Shown: piece by piece, positions 17,155-26,132 of the stretch
Layout: each line of letters begins with the position of its first letter
How positions within the stretch are numbered: the first letter of the stretch is position 1
DNA from: a phage
DNA: 64,000 nt
Sequence record: OZ346219.1
Reading direction: 5' to 3' (one strand)
Program-made: the position numbers and the translations under genes
Notes under the pieces: generated by a model
What the model was told of the DNA's origin: nothing
Databases searched by the model: none
The model's input: only the letters and a program-made list of their open reading frames with translations

Positions 17155-19398
17155 TTACAGCTTGCAAGATGAGCACTCGCTAGCGTCTTCCGTACCATCT
17201 GCACCATCACGCACGTTAGCGTAATACAGTGTCTTGAGGCCGTAATATTGAGCAAACAACATATCATCTAAAACATCAGCAATATCGACTTTACCAGTCT
17301 TATAAGTGCTTGGATCGTAGGATGTGTTGGAACTAATCGCCTGATCTACAAACTTCTGCATGATCGCTGCCAGTGTCAGATAAGGCTTGTTACCTTTCTT
17401 GATCAGTGTCCAAAGCAGGTCAATAACATCAGCATTATTCTCTACGTTCGGAATGACCTGATTAAATTGCCCTTCTTTCGATCCTTTAACCGATACAATC
17501 CCGCGAGGCGGTTCAATACCGTTTGTGCTGTTAGATACCTGAGAAGACGACTCACACGGCATCAGCGCCGAAAGTGTACTGTTACGAATGCCATATTTTT
17601 TCAGGTCTTCGCGCAGTTCTTCCCAATCCATCTCATACACCGGATCAACCAGTTCATCTACTGTCTTTTTGTACCAGTCGATAGGCAGTTCACCGCGACC
17701 ATAGCGTGTTTCGTGCATCAGTTCGCAAGCACCCTTCTCTTTAGCCAGTCGCACACTAGCCTTAATCAGAGCATATTGCAAGCGTTCAAACGTTTTATGC
17801 GTAAACTCGTTAGCGTCTTCATATGTGAAGAAATTATCTGCTAGATATGATGCAAAGTTAGTAACACCAACACCCAGAGAGCGACGTTTTTTGGCTGTCA
17901 GAGCTTGTTCTACAGGATAATCCTGATAATCTAACAGGTTGTCAAGTGCACGCACCATAACCATAGCAATGCGTTCTACTTCTTCCATATTTTCGATATC
18001 GAAATTACCTAAAACATATGCTGCCAAAGTACATAGGCTAATTTCTGAATCATCACGACCCATCGGTTTAGTAGGCAGTGCAATTTCACAACACAGGTTA
18101 GATTGTTTAATCGGTGCTACATTACGAATAAACGCCCCGTGATTGTTCATGTTGTCTGTGAACGTTGGGTAGATTCGACCAGTGTTAAAACGTTCAATTG
18201 CCACCGCTAAAAACAGGTCTTCGGCTTTAACACGAGTTTTACGAACACTCGGATCTTTTTCCAGTTTTTCGTAAAGTTGGCGGAAACCTTCCTCATCTCG
18301 GAAGTATAGATCCCACAACAAGCCACCCGCAACATCTGGACTAAACAGAGTAATGTAATCCCGTTTAAGGAATCGCTCTACCATCAGGTTATTAATCTGT
18401 ACGCCGTAGTCAAGATGGCGAATGCGGTTATCTTCCACGCCCTTATTGTTCTTTAACACAATCAGACTTTCAAACTCTAAATGCCACATTGGGTAATAGA
18501 GTGTCGCTGCCCCGCCACGAATACCGCCTTGTGAGCATGACTTAACGGCAGTCTGAAAATGTTTCCAGAATGGGATAACGCCAGTATGACGAACTTCACC
18601 ATGCCCGATCTTAGATCCTTCCGCGCGAATCATGCCAGCGTTGATACCGATACCAGCACGCTTGCTAATATACTTAATGATTGCATTTGCGGTTTCATTA
18701 ATACCCTGCAATGAGTCATCACTTTCGATCACCACACACGAACTAAATTGGCGTGTTGGGGTACGCACACCTGCCATAATCGGAGTAGGCAGAGAGATTT
18801 GCTTATTCGCAACCGCATTATAAAAATCAATCACATGTTCAAGTCGATTTTCGGTCTCTTCTTGATGCAAGCACATACCGATCAGCATATACGCAAATTG
18901 CGGTGTTTCGATGATTTTCTTAGTGCTGCGATCCTGAACAAGATATTTCTCTTTTAACTGCATCGCACCAGCATAGGTCATTTTAAAATCAAGTTTATGG
19001 TCGATGAATTTCTCCAGATATTCCACTTCTTCACGGGAATACTTTTGCAGAATTTCGCGATCATATTTTCCGGTTGCAATATTACGCTCAATATGGCTGT
19101 AAAAATCAATCGGTTGGAATTGACCGTATACTGATTTGCGAAGCGCGAACATTGCAAGGTTACTTGCTACATATTGATAATCGGGTGTTTCTACAGTAAT
19201 GTTATCTGCTGCGACCTTAATCAATACTTTCTGGATATCGTTGGTAGACATACCTTCTGTCAGAAGTGGTTCAACCATATCAAACAATTCATATGGATCA
19301 ACGTTATGACCTTCGGCTGCCGCTTCCAGAATTTTCATTACTTTTTCTTTTTCAAAAGGAACAGTCAGACCGGAAGACTTAACAACATTTTTAATCAT
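17155..19398 (-). CDS. nrdA: ribonucleotide reductase class Ia large subunit
   Basis: 747 aa; ATP-cone N-terminus, C-terminal CSSCKL-type Cys pair. Confidence 0.95.
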   Translation of the reverse strand: MIKNVVKSSGLTVPFEKEKVMKILEAAAEGHNVDPYELFDMVEPLLTEGMSTNDIQKVLIKVAADNITVETPDYQYVASNLAMFALRKSVYGQFQPIDFYSHIERNIATGKYDREILQKYSREEVEYLEKFIDHKLDFKMTYAGAMQLKEKYLVQDRSTKKIIETPQFAYMLIGMCLHQEETENRLEHVIDFYNAVANKQISLPTPIMAGVRTPTRQFSSCVVIESDDSLQGINETANAIIKYISKRAGIGINAGMIRAEGSKIGHGEVRHTGVIPFWKHFQTAVKSCSQGGIRGGAATLYYPMWHLEFESLIVLKNNKGVEDNRIRHLDYGVQINNLMVERFLKRDYITLFSPDVAGGLLWDLYFRDEEGFRQLYEKLEKDPSVRKTRVKAEDLFLAVAIERFNTGRIYPTFTDNMNNHGAFIRNVAPIKQSNLCCEIALPTKPMGRDDSEISLCTLAAYVLGNFDIENMEEVERIAMVMVRALDNLLDYQDYPVEQALTAKKRRSLGVGVTNFASYLADNFFTYEDANEFTHKTFERLQYALIKASVRLAKEKGACELMHETRYGRGELPIDWYKKTVDELVDPVYEMDWEELREDLKKYGIRNSTLSALMPCESSSQVSNSTNGIEPPRGIVSVKGSKEGQFNQVIPNVENNADVIDLLWTLIKKGNKPYLTLAAIMQKFVDQAISSNTSYDPSTYKTGKVDIADVLDDMLFAQYYGLKTLYYANVRDGADGTEDASECSSCKL

Positions 19399-19445
19399 AT
19401 TACCTCACTTCATATTTTAGCAGGAACAAGTTTATCCTCCATATT

Positions 19446-19461
19446 GGGGGCTTTCGCCCCC
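19446..19461 (-). other. GNRA-tetraloop hairpin GGGGGC-GAAA-GCCCCC in the td-nrdA intergenic transcript (no U-tract)
   Basis: Perfect 6-bp GC stem with GAAA loop in mRNA sense; identical element at 31693-31708 (plus strand) and a 5-bp version at 6701-6714. Confidence 0.5.
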
Positions 19462-19466
19462 TTTGT

Positions 19467-20699
19467 TTATACTGCCATTTGAGCGGTGATTGCTGGATGG
19501 CTTTGATAGTTGTGAATTTTAAAGTCTTTCGGAGTCTTTGTCAATACCTCATCTAAAGATTTAAATTCCGGCAACTCAATCGTTGGTTTATCAAACGGAA
19601 CACGGCTTAACTGTTCCATAACTTGATCAAAATGGTTTTTGTAAATGTGAGTATCTCCACCAGAGAAAATCAGTTCTCCTACCTCAAGATCACACATTTT
19701 CGCTATGATGTGAGTTAACAGCGCATAGCTGGCGACGTTAAAGGGCAAGCCTAAAAAGCTGTCTACGCTTCTCTGAAACCACATACAAGACAGTTTACCT
19801 TCATTGACGTAGAATTGCACGAAAGGATGACATACACCCAATACAGCATTATGTGTTCCTTGTACGTTCCATGAGTCAATAATGATCCGGCGATCCGTTG
19901 GATTGTTTTTAATTTGTTCAATCACGTTTTGTAACTGGTCTTCCCAAATCTTCGGGCGATAGACATATTCTTCATCGTCTTTAGTGCTCGATGTGTCTAC
20001 GTCCATACTAGCAAAGATCGTGGTATCTGGTGCTAAAATATCCCCACCCAGATAATCACTATCAAGCAGATAACCGAAATAACCATCATCTACCCATTCC
20101 TGGAATCCCCACAAGCAATATGCATCATTAACAAAATTAGATTGAGTCTTCCAGTGGTCTGCTACTAAGAATAGATTATACTCAGAATCAAACTCTTCAT
20201 AACGCATACCACGCCAGATAGCACATAAACGGTCTTCTGTTTCATTGGTTGGCGTAAAGTCTTCTACCCACGGGTGCTTAAATGTATGTGCATATTTGCT
20301 CTTAACGCGCTTAATTTTGATTTCACCGTGTGGATGAATCGGTTTGCGTCGCCATGCCATACCATACATATTGCCGACATTATAACCATTGAATCGCAAA
20401 GGATTCTTTTCTTTCATATCAAGACAGTTGCCGCGCCAAATGTCGAAGGCTTCTTCGTCAAACTTACCGCGTGTAATTTCCTGTAAGCGACGGCGGTCAA
20501 GTGATCCCTCCATAAACCATAGCAATTCGCCAATTACAGAGGCTGTAGCCATCTTTTTAGTGGTTAGTAAGGGGAAACCCTTGCTTAAATCAATTCGCAT
20601 CTCTGCGCCGAATTTAGAGAGCGTACCTACCCCCGTGCGGTCTTCACGAGGCCAGCCATTATCAAGAACATCACGCAATAGTTTCAAATATTCTTTCAT
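19467..20699 (-). CDS. td: thymidylate synthase with a large internal insertion
   Basis: N-terminal DRTGVGTLS...GFPLLTTKK and C-terminal DSFLGLPFNVASYALLTHIIAKMCDLEVGELIFSGGDTHIYKNH match ThyA; 410 aa instead of about 265-290. Confidence 0.9.
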   Translation of the reverse strand: MKEYLKLLRDVLDNGWPREDRTGVGTLSKFGAEMRIDLSKGFPLLTTKKMATASVIGELLWFMEGSLDRRRLQEITRGKFDEEAFDIWRGNCLDMKEKNPLRFNGYNVGNMYGMAWRRKPIHPHGEIKIKRVKSKYAHTFKHPWVEDFTPTNETEDRLCAIWRGMRYEEFDSEYNLFLVADHWKTQSNFVNDAYCLWGFQEWVDDGYFGYLLDSDYLGGDILAPDTTIFASMDVDTSSTKDDEEYVYRPKIWEDQLQNVIEQIKNNPTDRRIIIDSWNVQGTHNAVLGVCHPFVQFYVNEGKLSCMWFQRSVDSFLGLPFNVASYALLTHIIAKMCDLEVGELIFSGGDTHIYKNHFDQVMEQLSRVPFDKPTIELPEFKSLDEVLTKTPKDFKIHNYQSHPAITAQMAV

Positions 20700-20940
20700 C
20701 CCACTTCACCTTTTTCTTATTGATTGCTTTCTTACGCAGTTTTGCTACTGTCTCGTCAATGTCTATAAAGATAACACCACGGTCGAATACAGTAGCAGGT
20801 CTTGAGATATCGCTATTTTCTTGCACAGGAAGCCATGATGCGCTCGCTTCATCATAGAGATATTGTAAACCGTAATAATCTACGGCTACTGCGTAGTTTT
20901 CACTGGTAGCTGACCATAATTGAATAATACCGACTTTCAT
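20671..20940 (-). CDS. hypothetical protein (about 89 aa)
   Basis: Start trimmed to Met10; 3' end overlaps td start by 29 nt. Confidence 0.4.
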   Translation of the reverse strand: MKVGIIQLWSATSENYAVAVDYYGLQYLYDEASASWLPVQENSDISRPATVFDRGVIFIDIDETVAKLRKKAINKKKVKWDERIFETIA

Positions 20941-21033
20941 TATTGCTCCCGTCCACAATGTAAACACCGACTACCAGCAAACATCAAAGATTCACCACAA
21001 TGTTTGCACTCATAATCTGTCAGAATTTTCATG

Positions 21034-21603
21034 TTACGCCTTCTTACGTTCTAAAATTTGTTCGCTGATCAGGTAATTATCAAGGAAGTGATTATGTTCT
21101 TCTTTGGTTACAAAGTCAAAATATAATTCCTGAATCATTTCCTTAGAGATACCAACATCATATTCAAATGGATCGTTGACCCCTGAACGTTGAACATACG
21201 TTAACACAATACGGTCCGCAAAGTCAACCGCTTTTTCAATCAGGGAAGGTCCGCCGATAACACTTACCAAACCTTGCGTTTTCTCCAGGACTTTTAACAG
21301 ATCCTTTAATTCAATTCCAGTATACACATTAGGCTGGTCGCCGTTTTTGGCTTTCGGTGTCGGCTTGCTGGCATCGGTACTAATAACCACATTAAGACGA
21401 CCTTCCAGTGCTTTAGGCAGACTTTCAAAGGTATTACGTCCCATTACAACAGCCGCAAGTTCAACATCTCCCATAGTGCGCATTTTAAAGTTTTCCATGT
21501 CCTTTTTGATTGGACGCCCCCACGGTAAACCGCCTTTAAAACCAAAAGCCCAATTTTCATCTGACATTTTAGTGTCACCAATCGCAAATACACATTGAAT
21601 CAT
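21034..21603 (-). CDS. frd: dihydrofolate reductase
   Basis: 189 aa; DHFR-like sequence; T4 position next to td. Confidence 0.85.
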   Translation of the reverse strand: MIQCVFAIGDTKMSDENWAFGFKGGLPWGRPIKKDMENFKMRTMGDVELAAVVMGRNTFESLPKALEGRLNVVISTDASKPTPKAKNGDQPNVYTGIELKDLLKVLEKTQGLVSVIGGPSLIEKAVDFADRIVLTYVQRSGVNDPFEYDVGISKEMIQELYFDFVTKEEHNHFLDNYLISEQILERKKA

Positions 21604-21618
21604 AATATAAATCTCCCA

Positions 21619-21948
21619 TCAAATCAGTTTGAAATAGTTTTCGTTTACATTTTCTTCTGTGATTGCTGTCTTAAATTCTTGACCGTTATCCGGTGTGATG
21701 AAATAACGGTCAGAATAATCACGAAAACGTTTTAAGTGAGATACCCCAACATTAACACCATTTTCCCAGAAACGAAAGGTAATCATTTTTGGTTCATATC
21801 GATAATCGCTGGTTAACACAGTACCATCCCCGCGACGGGCTTCATAAACCGTAATACATTCACGATTAGCGGCTTTAAGGCATTCTTCAATAGTGCCGCA
21901 CGAGATAATACTTACTTTTTCATCTACGATTTGTTCTACAGTCCACAT
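21619..21948 (-). CDS. hypothetical protein (about 110 aa)
   Basis: Start trimmed to Met12 downstream of promoter cassette 21980-22007. Confidence 0.4.
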   Translation of the reverse strand: MWTVEQIVDEKVSIISCGTIEECLKAANRECITVYEARRGDGTVLTSDYRYEPKMITFRFWENGVNVGVSHLKRFRDYSDRYFITPDNGQEFKTAITEENVNENYFKLI

Positions 21949-21979
21949 AATATAATACTCTCTTTGTTTCGATATGTGC

Positions 21980-22007
21980 ATTATACACTATTGCGTTACG
22001 CTGTCAA
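21980..22007 (-). promoter_or_regulatory. early-type promoter cassette
   Basis: TTGACA, 16 bp, TATAAT. Confidence 0.5.
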
Positions 22008-23180
22008 CTCTTTTTCAAAAGATTTTACAATATACATGATAGTGCTCAATTCAGACGGCGCTACTGTCTCTGTGTAGCCGTCCGGCATATCTTCTTTTGA
22101 GATATAGGAAGTTTTACCTTTCATAGCTTCCTTGATCTTGTTCTCTAATTCTAAGATCTTTTGACCATCTTGTAAAGTCAATTCATAAAAGATCTCGTGG
22201 TCGAACTGAGATTTACTGCTTTGTTGTTTTAGTCTTTTGGTGGTATTAGAATTTGTGACCCCAAATTTTACCCCGATTAATAAATGCTCTTTTATTAATT
22301 TTTGAATATACAGAGTTCCTTTTTTTAATGGATTGTACCCATATTTTGCACATTTAGGACATCGAGTTCCGTTCTGAAAATCAGTTATTCTAGGACTAAA
22401 TCCATGTCCATGATCACATAACAACTTTAATCTTGTATTCACACCTTTCCATTCATCTACAAAACCATTACATGTTATATTTTCTTCAACGAAAATTGGT
22501 TTAAGTCTTTCAAGATATTCTTCTTTTGAACGAGCATAGTTTTTTGCACACTTAAAACAACGTCTTCCCGCTTGAAAACTAGATATAATTGGATTAAATT
22601 CATGACCATACTCACACAATAAATTCATTTTTGTTTTGTTGCCGTTCCATTCACCAATAAATCCGTTAAAAATTATGTTCTCTTTTATGAAAATTGGTTT
22701 AAATCTTTCAAGATATTCTTCTTTTGATAAAGCATAATTATGTGCGCATTTAGGACATCGAGTCCCTCTCCGAAAATTTGTTATTGTCGGTGCAAATTCG
22801 TGTCCTTCACAACACACTAAATCTAACTTTGTGAATACACCTTTCCATTCATCTACAAAACCATTACATGTTATATTTTCTTCAACGAAAATTGGTTTAA
22901 GTCTTTCAAGATATTCTTCTTTTGATAAGGAATAATTATGTGCGCATCTAGGGCAACGTTTACCTTTTTGAAAATCTGATATTCTTGGTGTAAATTCATG
23001 TCCTTCACAACACACCAAACCCAATTTTGTTACGTTGCCTTTCCACTCACCAACAAATCCATTAAATACGATATTTTCTTTTTCGAAAATTGGTTTAAGT
23101 CTTTCGTAATATTCCGTAGGACTAATCGAGTTGTATTTTTTCTTAACCCATTCAATCTCATGAGCTTGACGTACTAACAT
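21996..23180 (-). CDS. tandem-repeat zinc-ribbon protein with T5orf172/GIY-YIG-like C-terminal domain
   Basis: Four repeats of about 62-66 aa (EEYLERLKPIF...NGFV.EWKG...CxxGHEF...RCPxCA) then GTLYIQKLIKEHLLIGVKFGVTNSNTTKRL; 85-bp exact DNA repeat at about 22438 and 22847. Confidence 0.6.
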   Translation of the reverse strand: MLVRQAHEIEWVKKKYNSISPTEYYERLKPIFEKENIVFNGFVGEWKGNVTKLGLVCCEGHEFTPRISDFQKGKRCPRCAHNYSLSKEEYLERLKPIFVEENITCNGFVDEWKGVFTKLDLVCCEGHEFAPTITNFRRGTRCPKCAHNYALSKEEYLERFKPIFIKENIIFNGFIGEWNGNKTKMNLLCEYGHEFNPIISSFQAGRRCFKCAKNYARSKEEYLERLKPIFVEENITCNGFVDEWKGVNTRLKLLCDHGHGFSPRITDFQNGTRCPKCAKYGYNPLKKGTLYIQKLIKEHLLIGVKFGVTNSNTTKRLKQQSSKSQFDHEIFYELTLQDGQKILELENKIKEAMKGKTSYISKEDMPDGYTETVAPSELSTIMYIVKSFEKELTA

Positions 23181-23209
23181 ATTTTATCCTCCGTTGTTTC
23201 GATGTGTGC

Positions 23210-23237
23210 ATTATACATTACAGCATCAGCATGTCAA
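23210..23237 (-). promoter_or_regulatory. early-type promoter cassette
   Basis: TTGACA, 16 bp, TATAAT; downstream of gene 32 terminator, upstream of zinc-ribbon repeat gene. Confidence 0.5.
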
Positions 23238-23262
23238 TACATTTTCATAAAATTTTAGGCAA

Positions 23263-23290
23263 TAAAAAAAGCCTCCCCGAAGGAAGGCTT
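23263..23290 (-). terminator. intrinsic terminator after gene 32
   Basis: Minus-strand AGCCTTCC-ttcg-GGGAGGCT (UUCG loop) followed by TTTTTTT. Confidence 0.65.
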
Positions 23291-23299
23291 TAAAATTCA

Positions 23300-24274
23300 T
23301 TACATCCCTAACAGAGCGTCAAGATCATCCAGATCAGAAGCGGAGGAAGTACCGCCACCCAGGTCCAGAGATGCCATCAGATCATCAGCGGAAGAATCTA
23401 ACGCCGTGCTAGCTGCGTTAATACCAACTACAGTGCTAGCTGCGGTAGTACCAGCGTCGAATGCATTCATCTGTGCGTCAAAATCATCAAGCTGGCTGTT
23501 AATCGCTGCCGCAGCACTGGAAGCCGCCGCACCAGCTACCATAGAAACGCCCATAGTTTTCTTAAATTTGGTTTCCAGTTCATCGAACGGTTTAAACTGG
23601 CTAGGCGCTACAATCTCACTCAGATCAACCATGTTTTCCATCAGATATTTCTGATATGCTTCGTCTTCAATTTTCGGAAGCTGTGATTGCTGCATGAAAC
23701 GAGAATCGTCATAGTTCTGGTGTTTATCAACCTTCTTAGCTTTCAGGAGGAAGTTAGCACCGGAGAACACACAAGTTACATCTACCGGAACTTCGCCCAT
23801 GTCGGTATTCACGTTCACCATTGCAACGATCTTATCATAAATTTTCTGACCGAAGCGGAATTTGAATACCTTACCTTCATTTTCTGGTGCTTGAGGATCT
23901 TTCAGTACCAGAATATTTGCGTAGTAAGAGGCTTTACGCTTAATCAGTTGCCATTCTGTTTTATCGGTATTGTACAGGTCTTTTTCGTTAATATATTTGC
24001 ACACAGGGCAAGAATCAAAATCACCGTGGGTGCTTGAGCAGTTTTCCCAATACCATTTACCATTAACTTTGAAGGAATGGTTTACCAGTTTCACAATCGG
24101 CAGACCGTCTTCTGTCTTAGACGGCAGGAAGCGAATCAGGGCTTCACCGTTACCTGCTGCATCAGTCTTAATCTTCCACTCTTTCGGATCTTCTTTGGAG
24201 AAACCGTTGCCACCTTTCAGTGCGGCCAGTTGAGCTTGCAGTTTGGAAGAATCTTGACGACGAAACATGTTCAT
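23300..24274 (-). CDS. 32: single-stranded DNA-binding protein
   Basis: Strong match to T4 gp32 ([11 protein letters not shown]..., zinc site [12 protein letters not shown], acidic C-terminus); start may be Met3. Confidence 0.95.
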   Translation of the reverse strand: MNMFRRQDSSKLQAQLAALKGGNGFSKEDPKEWKIKTDAAGNGEALIRFLPSKTEDGLPIVKLVNHSFKVNGKWYWENCSSTHGDFDSCPVCKYINEKDLYNTDKTEWQLIKRKASYYANILVLKDPQAPENEGKVFKFRFGQKIYDKIVAMVNVNTDMGEVPVDVTCVFSGANFLLKAKKVDKHQNYDDSRFMQQSQLPKIEDEAYQKYLMENMVDLSEIVAPSQFKPFDELETKFKKTMGVSMVAGAAASSAAAAINSQLDDFDAQMNAFDAGTTAASTVVGINAASTALDSSADDLMASLDLGGGTSSASDLDDLDALLGM

Positions 24275-24334
24275 AATTATACCTCTTTATACATTAACTA
24301 TTGATTAATTTACGTTTTATACTATATCAGATAC

Positions 24335-24931
24335 TTAATTGCTTGTCAATACTTTATCAATTATATCTAACAGTTTTGGCTTTCTATTTTCAAATTCTAA
24401 CATCTCTTCGGGAGAAATGTCAACTACTTCTGTTTTGTTGAAAAAGTTTGGGTCTATAGCATCAGCAACAAAGTTTCTCGCAAGTGCTGCCGCTTTCTCA
24501 TGGACATATATTCCCAAATATATCAACTTCTTTCTTTCGACCTGAATATTGGCAACATATTTACCATCTCGTTTATAAAGACTAACACCGATATATTCAG
24601 ACGATCGACCTTTCTGTTTACCCATATTTCTTGAGTTTTGTTGCTCGTTCGCATCTCTCAAGTTTTCAATCCGATTATCTGTTATAATTCGGTTAACATG
24701 GTCAACGTATTTTGGCATGTATCCATGATGCATAAAGAAAATTATTCTATGCTCTTTATGATGTTTACCATCGATACACACCAATCTGTATCCATGACTA
24801 GGATTAACTCCACCCGCTCTAGATCCGACTTTATGCTTTCGGTTTGTCGATATCTTGCGAATCAGCTTACCGTTATCATATTTAAAGAGTTCATGACAAC
24901 GAGCATACAATTCAGGATCATATGTTTTCAC
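24335..24931 (-). CDS. free-standing HNH homing endonuclease with AP2-like DNA-binding domain
   Basis: HRIIFFMHHGYMPKYVDHVNRIITDNRIENLR (HNH) followed by SEYIGVSLYKRDGKYVANIQ (AP2-like); inserted between genes 32 and 59. Confidence 0.75.
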   Translation of the reverse strand: MKTYDPELYARCHELFKYDNGKLIRKISTNRKHKVGSRAGGVNPSHGYRLVCIDGKHHKEHRIIFFMHHGYMPKYVDHVNRIITDNRIENLRDANEQQNSRNMGKQKGRSSEYIGVSLYKRDGKYVANIQVERKKLIYLGIYVHEKAAALARNFVADAIDPNFFNKTEVVDISPEEMLEFENRKPKLLDIIDKVLTSN

Positions 24932-25595
24932 CTTTTAACCTCGATATTTCTTTACACTCTTTAACTACTTTAACAAATAATGCTCTTGCTTTTGCGGCGT
25001 CAATAACAAGTAGTTTCTTGTACGCCTTCATTTTAACACTATAAGTTTGCCAAATCAAGTCTTTGGCTACCTTGTCGTGTTCGTCGATTATATTTAGAAA
25101 GCTATCTAACAACATAAACGACTCAAACGATATAATCCGATTTTGCAGTAGTTTAAAGATACCGCTAGTTTCGGTTGCGGGATTGTATGTAATTAGCTCT
25201 TTAAGAGTAACCCCGCGTTTCTCGGAGAAGTATACCAGACTTTTAATGTCATCGTCAAATCGTGTTGCTGCATCGGTTATCTTTCCTATGTATTCCATAT
25301 AAAAGCCGTATGCGTCAACATCAGTGATTTCACCTACCCATGCATCGGTATTAGCTACCAGATTGCTTAGGAATAGGAAGTATAATTCTCTTAGATTGTA
25401 CTTTTCCGCTAATTTCGCGAAATAATACTTATCTCTGCGTTTATTGAATGCGGCATCAGATAACCGCATCCTCCAATTGTATTTTACGCAATCATAACGC
25501 CCGTTCATATGAGCTTTCATCATGCAATATAACATATACACAGATTTAGCATTAATTCGCATATCTGGATCTGGAGGAAGACGGTTTCTGATCAT
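24918..25595 (-). CDS. 59: helicase loader (T4 gp59-like)
   Basis: KSVYMLYCMMKAHMNGRYDCVKYNWRMRLSDAAFNKRRDKYYF closely matches T4 gp59. Confidence 0.9.
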   Translation of the reverse strand: MIRNRLPPDPDMRINAKSVYMLYCMMKAHMNGRYDCVKYNWRMRLSDAAFNKRRDKYYFAKLAEKYNLRELYFLFLSNLVANTDAWVGEITDVDAYGFYMEYIGKITDAATRFDDDIKSLVYFSEKRGVTLKELITYNPATETSGIFKLLQNRIISFESFMLLDSFLNIIDEHDKVAKDLIWQTYSVKMKAYKKLLVIDAAKARALFVKVVKECKEISRLKGENI

Positions 25596-25604
25596 ACATA
25601 CCCC

Positions 25605-25874
25605 TTAAATATCGAGAGTGTTGGTCGGTTCGTCGATCACTCCCTTCCTGAGCGTTCTATTTACTATACATTCTTGTGTGATCTTGTCAATAATGGACAC
25701 CGGAATATATTTCTGATAGTGACAATATTCTATAGAGTTTTCCTCTACAAACTGAGTTGTCGCTTCAAGATAAGTCAATCCCTCTTCAACAACCAGTTTT
25801 TCGATTGCAAGACCGTTTGCTGTTTTATTCGCGGCTTTTACCGCATGTTCATTAAGCATTGAACACCCGATCAT
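25605..25874 (-). CDS. 33: late-transcription accessory protein (T4 gp33-like)
   Basis: GLTYLEATTQFVEENSI...PTNTLDI resembles T4 gp33; T4 position. Confidence 0.7.
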   Translation of the reverse strand: MIGCSMLNEHAVKAANKTANGLAIEKLVVEEGLTYLEATTQFVEENSIEYCHYQKYIPVSIIDKITQECIVNRTLRKGVIDEPTNTLDI

Positions 25875-26127
25875 AGAGTTCTACCGCTTCGTCGCGTTCT
25901 GCTTCGAAGGTTTCGCGCTGTTGCTGGTGATACAGTTTAAACAGAATGCCCCACATTTTACCATCTACGCCTAATTCTTCTTTAGCACGCTGTTTGATCT
26001 CTTTGATCTTATCGCCATATGCTTCTTGAATGGTTTTCTGATCGCTGGCTTCTTTAATCAGTTGCGCCAGGGTATTTCCGTGTACATTTTCATCGAATAC
26101 TACTTTTTCTTTTTTCTGTTCAGTCAT
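25852..26127 (-). CDS. dsbA: DsbA-like dsDNA-binding protein (by position and size)
   Basis: 91 aa; sits between 33 and rnh as in T4; no motif checked. Confidence 0.45.
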   Translation of the reverse strand: MTEQKKEKVVFDENVHGNTLAQLIKEASDQKTIQEAYGDKIKEIKQRAKEELGVDGKMWGILFKLYHQQQRETFEAERDEAVELYDRVFNA

Positions 26128-26132
26128 AATAT

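Noticed and set aside
17467-17844. Plus-strand ORFs lying inside minus-strand genes (also 20389-20805, 48270-48821, 51445-51864, 42468-42830)
   Set aside because: They are antisense to strongly supported genes (nrdA, td, rIIA, gene 39) and have low-complexity translations with no start context; shadow ORFs.
19946-20345. Intein in thymidylate synthase
   Set aside because: The insertion does not begin with Cys/Ser or end with His-Asn followed by Cys/Ser/Thr, and has no visible endonuclease motifs; kept as an unexplained insertion instead.
20941-21032. 30-aa zinc-ribbon ORF (MKILTDYECKHCGESLMFAGSRCLHCGREQ) between frd and the 20671-20940 ORF
   Set aside because: Plausible (two CxxC pairs, tight junctions with neighbours) but too short to call with confidence without comparative evidence.
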